Source: Eledone cirrhosa (lineage: Eukaryota). Taken from it: DNA of 64,000 nucleotides. Location of the stretch: positions 5,022,001 to 5,086,000 of the forward strand of contig OZ024749.1 of the NCBI GenBank assembly GCA_964016885.1, given 5' to 3'. Shown here in pieces: positions 55,926 to 64,000 of this stretch (its first letter is position 1; each line of letters opens with the position of its first letter). The position numbers and the translations under genes are program-made. Under the pieces are notes generated by a model, which saw only the letters and a program-made list of their open reading frames with translations, searched no databases and had not been told where the DNA came from.

Positions 55926-57124
55926 TCATTCTATCCGATATTCTAAATAATTCGCCAGCTCGCCTCATGGTTGGATTGGTTATTTCCAATCATAGAATAA
56001 TAAATTGGAGAGAAAGAAAGGAAAGGCAATGTTAGACTAACAATATTTGCGTACAACCTGCGTATAATACGCAGGTTGTACGCGAAACACCAATATTTAT
56101 ATTACTTTGCCATATTATCGTGTTATCGTGTCGCCTAATGATTACTTTGTTCTCGCGTCGACAGAAGAAGAAAAAAATCGATAGAATAAAGTTGGCATAG
56201 TTGTGTATGAGAAGATTTAGCTTTCATGAGAGATCTGCTATATATATATGAGAGATTAAATAATACCCTCCTCCATATAAACTGACCAAATGCATTTTCG
56301 TTAATGCTCTCCTATATAATATTTTAATGACTTCTGTTATGAATGTGTTTGGAAGCTTTTAATGAAAACTGTCTGTGCCAGTCACGTAAACGATGAAAGT
56401 GGCAAGTCACGTTTTGCTGGCAGTTTTTGAAGCAGTTTTAATGTTCACTAGCAGAGGTACACGGCGTTGCACGGTATAACTCTCAATGGAGTATTCGTTC
56501 AAATGAATCGAAAAACTTCCGTTAAAACACTACTATGGAAGTAACAATTTATAGGTGTTGGCCCTAAAGAGGGCCTTTGAGCGTTCACTTTTAAATATCT
56601 CTGCGGCTGTGCTGCCAGCAAAGACGAATCCAATGGTAACAATTTAAAGTTGGTAGCCCTAAAGAGAGCTTTGGATCGTTCACTCTTAAAAGTCCCAGCG
56701 GCAGAGCTGTCAGCAAAAACGATTCCGATTATAGGTGGTGGCCCTTAAGAACTCCTTCACACCACTTTGTTTGTGTCGTATTTGCTTTGCTTGTTATTTG
56801 AGATTGTACCTAGAAAAGCATGTAACAGTCGCTGGCCACAAAAACGGCCTTGGCAAGGTCACGTTGGAATGTCAAAAGAATGTGTAAATAAGATGTAGGG
56901 AAAGTAGATTAATTAGGTTAAAACTACGGAACATCGATAGCAAAGCCTAATAGCAACAGATAAATGCGGAAAACTGAGACATTGAACATTTATAACGTAT
57001 AGCAAAAGCAACCTCGGATGCATACGTGGTATTGTCAAAAGGACAAAAATAGCACACGAAACAGCAAATGTAAGCACTTATGGAAAAATAAAAAACAGCG
57101 ATTACTTGTTGGCGGATGGGGTGC

Positions 57125-57659
57125 TTAAGAAACTTCCTTATAGACTATATTTTGGGTTTTCTCGCGAGTTTCCAAAGCAAATAGGTTATGCCGGCTCCCC
57201 ACTTGAGAGCAGCCAACATATAGTTGACCATGGGAGAAGCACGGTTCTTCGAAATTAAGCCCTACGACCGTCTGACCCTGTGATTTGTTAATCGACATGG
57301 CGAAACTGAACCGGAGAGGGAATTGCAGCCTTCTGAATGTGAAAGGAATGTCTTTACCGGATGGAATGATAGGTATCCTTGGTACGAATAAATGATTCCC
57401 CCTTACCACATCCTGTAAGTATTGTTGCCTCAATAACATGAGGCATCGCCTTTTGGACGACCAGACGCGTGCCTTCGGGAAGCCTTTGGGCTTCCAAATT
57501 CCTGAGGAGCATGACAGGGGCACATTTCTTAAGTCGCAGTAAGTGTGGTGGCAATCCGGGAGGGTCTAGGGAGTTAAGAAATGATGTCGGGTAATTAACA
57601 CCTTCGTCCAGATCTGCCATATAGTCAAGGGACTTGTAGCCATGCAGGTTTCCAGGCAA
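57125..57659 (-). pseudogene. Helitron PIF1-family helicase C-terminal fragment (frameshifted)
   Basis: ORFs 57354-57659 and 57125-57523 carry SF1B motifs IV-VI. Confidence 0.9.
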
Positions 57660-57769
57660 GCACAGCGTAGTCGGAGGAGGGGTCGTAGTTAAAGGCCTTC
57701 AACAGCCATCGTGAATTGCAAGTCCTAGAAATGCCACCTAATGATGATCGCTGCTGTTCATCTAGCAGA

Positions 57770-58170
57770 AATCGGAAACGTCGTTGCTCTAAGGTTTCAG
57801 TATTTCGTGCAGCAGCAGTGGCAGAGGCGTCCCTGCTTCGCCGAACGGCGCGTCGCCCTTCATCTTCTCGAGCGCGAGCAGCGGCTGTCGCAGTGGTGTC
57901 CCTGCATCGTCGAACGGCGCGTCGTCCTTCATCTTCTCGAGCGCGAGCAGCGGCTGTCGCAGTGGTGTCCCTGCATCGTCGAACGACGCGTCGTCCTTCA
58001 TCTTCTCGCGGTGACAGCAGCGGCTGCTGCAGTGGAGTCGCTGCTTCGTCGAACGGCGCGTCGTCCTTCATCCTCTTGAGCGCGAGCAGCGGCTGTTGCA
58101 TTGGCGTCCCTCCTTCGTCGAACGGCACCTCGTCTTTCATCCTCTCGAGCGCGACCAGCAGCAGTCGCGG
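57770..58170 (-). repeat. ~69-bp coding tandem repeat (STPR-like, RRCRDTTATAAARAREDEGRRAV) in the Helitron N-terminus
   Basis: cgaacggcgcgtcgtccttcatc.tctcgagcgcgagcagcggctg repeated ~5 times. Confidence 0.8.
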
Positions 58171-58742
58171 CAGCATCTTTGCTCTGTCGATATTCACGCC
58201 AACTGTCACCCTCCTCCGCTCATGCAGCTGCCGTCTGAACAACATTCTATGAGAGCCTGATCGCAGTTGCATTTACATCTCTTCGGAGAGACGCCTTCGC
58301 TTAGCCCTACTTACATCATTAGATAATCGACCAATGAAAGTTCTTTTCTTGGGGGGCATTGTTTTTAGAAAATTAACCAGGGAGAAAGATAAATAATGGA
58401 CAAATAAGGTTTAAGTAAGCAAATTTAAACACGGATATGAATTGTGAAAAAAATGTGATAAATCTATGGGGTCTGAGAAAGTGGGTATGTTTTGCAAGAT
58501 TTTGTGTACCAATCAAATTTCAGGTTTTAAGGTAGGGGAAACGCAGCGGACGGACTACCTGTCATAAAGGAAATTAAATAGTGTGGCTCCAGTGGTGGGT
58601 ATATAATGGGCATTATGTTTTTTCAGTTCGAACATAGCAATAAGTAAGTACTAACCATTGAAAGGATACAGGCAAAAATGGCCGAAAAATCACAGCATGA
58701 TAAACTGGAACCTTATGAACATAAACGCATTAACTAAACATC

Positions 58743-60945
58743 TCGCTGGCGGTTTCATCATGACAATGGACTCGGTGGTCAACTGGATTGGTTCCACCCG
58801 CGACACTAGTCGTCCTACATAGCCCCACAGGTCGGTAACGCCCGGGCAGTGTACAAATGCGTGCACGACGGTTTCCACGTTGCGCATACATCTTGGACAG
58901 ATCATTTTCGAAGCGTCTCTGCTCGGGCGCCCGTGTCTGTAGAGCTTGCCTCGAACTGGTAGAGCTCCTTGGTAGCACTGCCAGGCCAGGGACTTTTGGA
59001 AGTTGTCCATTGTTCCTGGGCGGAAGATCCTACCGAACAGACTGGCCAGTTCGTCCTCCTCTACGCCTAGAGTTTCTCCGAGCGCGTCGTCGCACTTGCT
59101 GCGGACCAACCTTCTATAGAAGGTCGAAGTGGAGTCTCCACTGATCGCCGGGTCCGTTTGCCAGAGGACTGTGAGCGCCTGACCACATTCGATGTGCCAG
59201 TCACCCATTTTCTTCGGTCTTTGCTTGACTCAGGCTGCAGCTCGGTCAGCGAGCCGAGTCGTGGGAAGGCTCGCCACACGAACGGGGGCACACACCGGTT
59301 GTCCGGTGAGGAATACGTGGAGGTGCCGCAGCCTGAGCGCGTGTTTGCGCATCGTCAGCCACAGCATCCCTAACCCTCTGTTTGAAGGGTGTTGGCAGCA
59401 GATGGATCTTCTCACCAAAGGATCCCGTTTCTTCAAAAGGAATTGAAAGAGCGCGCGCTCCATTTTGGTGAGCATTTTAGCTGGACAAAGCACAACAGTC
59501 AAGCGGTATTAGATGACGGACGCTATAAAAGTGTTCGCCACCTCCGGTCGACCTTTCAAGGATAGTTTGCACTCGGCCCACTGCTGGGTGAGCGCAAACA
59601 CCTTGGCCGTCAGCTCGTTGCAGTTCTTCTCCACCTGGAGGTCCGGACCAAACCAGACCCCGAGCAGCTTTACATGTCCTTCCGTCCAGCGTCCGAAGAC
59701 GCCATCGGAAGGCATCGGTTTGCCTCTCCACGTTCCGAGTTGCAAACCGACGGATTGGTCCCGGTTCAGCTTCGCTCCTGTGAAACTTTCGTATTCCTCC
59801 AGTAAGGTGCCGACATCCCCGATTTGTGAGGGGCTCGACACCATTACTGTCACGTCGTCGGCGCCGGCCGACGGCGCTTTTCGCTGTCCCGGTTCCAAAG
59901 GGAAGCCCTGCAATTGCTCCAACTTCCGCAGTAGTGGCTCGAGCGTCAGTACGTACAGAAGGGAGGAGAGAGGGCACCCTTGTCGGATGGATCGCGGGAT
60001 ATGGAACGGCTCCGAGAGGTAGCCGTTCATCTTGACCCTTGAGCAGATGATGTTGCTGTGCATTGCAGCAATCCAGCCCCTGAACACGGGTCCGAAGCCT
60101 ACCGCCTCGCGCACCGCATCCAGGTAACGATGGTCAACCCTATCGAAAGCTTTAGACTGATCCAAGTTGATCAGAGCCCCACCTAAACCGGGGTTACACC
60201 CTACCCTCACTATGATGTATCGCATGAGGTGGAGGTTATCGTGTATGGACCTAGTCGGGATTGCGCATGTCTGCGCTTCTCCCACCTGATTTTCGACGAC
60301 AAACACCAGCCTCTTTACCAACACCTTGGCCAAAATCTGTAACTCCTAGTTTAGCAGAGTTATGGGCCGGAAGTTGCCTATGTCATCCCCCTTATTCTCG
60401 TCCTTCCTGACTAACGTGTATACGCCCTTGGTCACAGAACTGGTAATTCTCCCATTCTGCTGCTGGCTGCTTCCATGAGACCGGAGAACAAGTCCGGCAT
60501 TGCTACGTAAAATTCGTAGGGCAGACCGTCGAGGTCTGGAGATTTGCGTTTGCCGCATTGGCTCAGCGCGTCCCCTATCTGATCGGCTGAAATCGGCCTT
60601 TGGCAGAACTTCGTCTCACCGTCCGACAGTCGCCGCACGCCGTCGAGGTATGGACCGAAACCCACAACCCCTCCCGGCGTGACGCCCTGACCGGACAGTT
60701 GAGCAAAGTGCCGCTGAAAGGCCGCGCACATCTGCTTCGGCTCACGTATTACGCGTCCGTCTTGGTCCTTCAAAAACCGAATCGTGGACTTGTTACCACT
60801 TTTCGCCTCCGTCACTCGGGCCCAGCTAACAGCTTTGTCTCCCTCGTTTCCCAGAGCACGTATCTTGCTCCTGACAACGCAGCCCCTTCGTGCTTTGTGT
60901 CGAAGAACTTTCCAAGGCCGTTCTTGTCGCTAACAAGCTGGTTAC
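58743..60945 (-). mobile_element. Tx1/L1-clade LINE ORF2 fragment (RT + zf-RVT), decayed and truncated at both ends
   Basis: SPDLDGLPYEFY, NFRPITLLN, LDQSKAFDRVDH, SIRQGCPLSSLLY, ADD, KLLGVWFG, GGLG-like RGLG, CPRC...ETVVHAFVHC. Confidence 0.92.
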
Positions 60946-61029
60946 GTTGCCACTCCTAATATATACATAGGCAACTTCACACTTCAATTGGAAAACTTTA
61001 TTTTAGAATAATTCTTACTGTTGTTGTTC

Positions 61030-61300
61030 TCTTTTTCCTTCTTTTCTTCTTTTTCTTCTTTTTCTTCTTTTTCTTCTTTTTCTTCTTTTTCTTCTTTTTC
61101 TTCTTTTTCTTCTTTTTCTTTTTTTTCTTTTTTTTCTTCGTTTTCTTCGTTTTCTTCGTTTTCTTCTTCGTGTTTTCTTCGTTTTCATCTTTTTTGTTTT
61201 CTTTTTCGTCATCGTCTTAATCTTCTTTCTATTAATATTAGTATTGTTATTATCATCATTCTCATTATCATCATTATTGTCATAATAATAATTATTATTA
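61030..61300. repeat. (TTTTTCTTC)n and (ATT/ATC)n low-complexity tract
   Basis: Direct reading. Confidence 0.9.
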
Positions 61301-61302
61301 TT

Positions 61303-62302
61303 TACGGCCCTTGCCATTCTCAGTTCAAATCCTGCCGAGGTTAACTTTGCCTTTCATCCTTACGGGGTCGATAAAATAAAGTACCAGTAATACACTGTGT
61401 ATTTGCTGGCCTTGTACCAAATATAGAAGCAATTATTATTGCAGCTGCATTCGTCTTATTTTTGTGTTGTTTTGTTCCTGTTGTAGAAATGTCTGAACAT
61501 CACAAGAACTGGAAACATATTTAACAAACTTTTATTTCAGTGAATTCCAGCCTACGTAGTAGTTTTTGTTGCTGTAGTCACTGTTGTTGTTGTTGGTTGT
61601 GATATTCTTACATTTGTTATCGTAAGTGTTGTTGTTGTTGTTGTCGTTGTCGTTGTCGTCGTTGTTGCTGTTGTCGTTGTTGTTGATATAGTTGCATTTT
61701 TATCGTTTTTATTTTTGAAGTTGTTGTTGTTGCTGGAAATATCGTTTTATTTGTGATATTAGGCAGTATCGGTAGAGCGTCAGGTACCATGCTTTGCAGC
61801 ATGGATTTGTGGCCCTTCACGTTCTGAGTTCAAGTCCCACCGAGGTTCACTTTGCCTTTCTTTCTTACGAGGTCCATAAAATAAAGTACCAATCATGTAC
61901 TGGAGTAATAGTTGGCCCTGTGCCAAAACTAGAAACAACTATTATTGCTGCTGTCAATGTTGATGCTGTTGACAATATTGTTGTTTCATTTATTTATTGT
62001 TGTTATTGTTGTTATTGCTCGTTATTGTTATGCCGTTGTAGTTGTTAGTTGTTGTTGTTATTTCACGTTATTGTTGTGATGTTGTTGGCGGTGGATTGAC
62101 AGTTTCAGTAGAGGATCGGACACCATGCTTTGCATTATAGAGTTACGGCCCTTTATAATCTGAGTTCAAATCCCGCCAAGGTGATCTTTGTCTTTCATCC
62201 TTACGGTGTCGATAAATGAAGTATCAGTCACACACTGGGTCGATTTAATTGACTTTCCCCAAAATTTATGGCCTTGTGCCAATATAAGAAACCGTTATTA
62301 TT
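61303..62302 (+). mobile_element. Three SINE family A copies (61303-61440, 61761-61946, 62087-62302)
   Basis: B-box gttcaa(a/g)tcc plus shared body and (ATT) tails. Confidence 0.82.
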
Positions 62303-62399
62303 TTGTTGTAGTTGTTGTTATTGACTGTTATTGTTGTTATTTCCTGTTATGTTGTTATTGTATGTTATGTTGTGGTTATGTTGTTGTTAGTTGTTGTAA

Positions 62400-64000
62400 G
62401 TTGTTATTGTCTGTTATGTTGTGGTTATTATGTTGTTAGTTGTTGTTAGTTGTTATTGTCTGTTATGTTGTGGTTATTATGTTGTTAGTTGTTGTTAGTT
62501 GTTATTGTCTGTTATGTTGTGGTTATTATGTTGTTAGTTGTTGTTAGTTGTTATTGTCTGTTATGTTGTGGTTATGTTGTTAGTTGTTGTTAGTTGTTAT
62601 TGTCTGTTATGTTGTGGTTATTATGTTGTTAGTTGTTGTTAGTTGTTATTGTCTGTTATGTTGTGGTTATTATGTTGTTAGTTGTTGTTAGTTGTTATTG
62701 TCTGTTATGTTGTGGTTATGTTGTTAGTTGTTGTTAGTTGTTATTGTCTGTTATGTTGTGGTTATGTTGTTAGTTGTTGTTAGTTGTTATTGTCTGTTAT
62801 GTTGTGGTTATTATGTTGTTAGTTGTTGTTAGTTGTTATTGTATGTTATGTTGTGGTTATTATGTTGTTAGTTGTTGTTAGTTGTTATTGTCTGTTATGT
62901 TGTGGTTATTATGTTGTTAGTTGTTGTTAGTTGTTATTGTCTGTTATGTTGTGGTTATTATGTTGTTAGTTGTTGTTAGTTGTTATTGTCTGTTATGTTG
63001 TGGTTATTATGTTGTTAGTTGTTGTTAGTTGTTATTGTCTGTTATGTTGTGGTTATTATGTTGTTAGTTGTTGTCAGTTGTTATTGTCTGTTATGTTGTG
63101 GTTATGTTGTTAGTTGTTGTTAGTTGTTATTGTCTGTTATGTTGTGGTTATTATGTTGTTAGTTGTTGTTAGTTGTTATTGTCTGTTATGTTGTGGTTAT
63201 TATGTTGTTAGTTGTTGTTAGTTGTTATTGTCTGTTATGTTGTGGTTATTATGTTGTTAGTTGTTGTTAGTTGTCATTGTCTGTTATGTTGTGGTTATTA
63301 TGTTGTTAGTTGTTGTTAGTTGTTATTGTCTGTTATGTTGTGGTTATTATGTTGTTAGTTGTTGTTAGTTGTTATTGGCTGTTATGTTGTGGTTATTATG
63401 TTGTTAGTTGTTGTTAGTTGTTATTGTCTGTTATGTTGTGGTTATTATGTTGTTAGTTGTTGTTAGTTGTTGTCTGTTATGTTGTGGTTATTATGTTGTT
63501 AGTTTTTGTTAGTTGTTATTGTCTGTTATGTTGTGGTTATTATGTTGTTAGTTGTTGTAAGTTGTTGTCTGTTAGGTTGTGGTTATTATGTTGTTGTTAG
63601 TTGTTGTTAGTTGTAAGTTGTTATTGTTTGTTATGTAGTGGTTATTATGTTGTTGTTAGTTGTTGTTAGTTGTATGTTATGTTGTGGTTATGCTGTTGTT
63701 AGTTTTAATGTCTGTTATGTTGTTATTATGTTGTTGTTAGCTGTTGTTAGTTGTTATTGTCTGTTATGTTGTGGTTGATGTTATGTTGTTAGTTGTTGTA
63801 AGTTATTGTGTTATGTTGTGGTTGATGTTATGTTGTTGTAAGTTGTTATTGTCTGTTATGTTGTGGTTGTTGTTAGTTGTTATTGTCTGTTATGTTGTGG
63901 TTATTGTTAGTTGTTATTGTCTGTTATGTTATGTTGTTGTTAGTTGTTATTGTCTGTTATGTCGTGGTTGTTGTTAGTTGTTATTGTCTGTTATGTTGTG
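62400..64000. repeat. 49-bp (46-bp variant) GT-rich minisatellite, degenerating rightwards
   Basis: Unit gtctgttatgttgtggttattatgttgttagttgttgttagttgttatt at 62409, 62458, ... Confidence 0.95.

Larger units (their letters stand above)
56448..58742 (-). mobile_element. Internally deleted Helitron
   Basis: 3' end accgtgcaacgccgtgtacctctgCTAG|t. PIF1 helicase C-terminus (FLNSLDPPGLPPH, VMLLRNL, RLQFPLRFSFAMSINKSQGQT, FSHGQLYV, NIVYKEV). N-terminus MPPKKRTFIGR (ATG at 58359), R/E-rich repeats and AFNYDP. Confidence 0.9.

Noticed and set aside
57100-60950. Bacterial contamination or horizontal transfer, suggested by high GC
   Set aside because: The proteins are eukaryotic Helitron and Tx1/L1 remnants with frameshifts.
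62400-64000. Telomeric repeat
   Set aside because: A 49-bp unit with no TTAGGG-type array.

Overview
AT-rich, microsatellite-laden eukaryotic DNA. The tRNA-headed SINE family, Dong/R4 LINEs and (TA)n density suggest an octopus-like cephalopod genome, which is an inference. I found no intact host protein-coding gene. Recognisable content: two decayed Dong/R4 LINEs, two internally deleted mariner copies, an internally deleted Helitron abutting a Tx1/L1 fragment, an RTE 3' tip, many SINEs, and many Penelope-like (PLE) 3' ends sitting in (TA)n as inverted or tandem pieces. The main find is at 6840-21422: exactly 30 nearly identical 486-bp units, each carrying a complete type I hammerhead ribozyme (aatattg-CTGATGA-gttg/caac-GAAA-CTAG-TT-caatatt) inside a long helix I. 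The array sits in (TA)n with a PLE-style inverted 5' junction, making it a candidate very young non-LTR retrozyme or self-cleaving satellite. At least 8 further, mutually unrelated hammerhead families are scattered through the window. They include one with a stable helix III, one with a very long helix II, and two with a CCGANGA (U4C) core. All structures were read by eye and coordinates of decayed elements are approximate.
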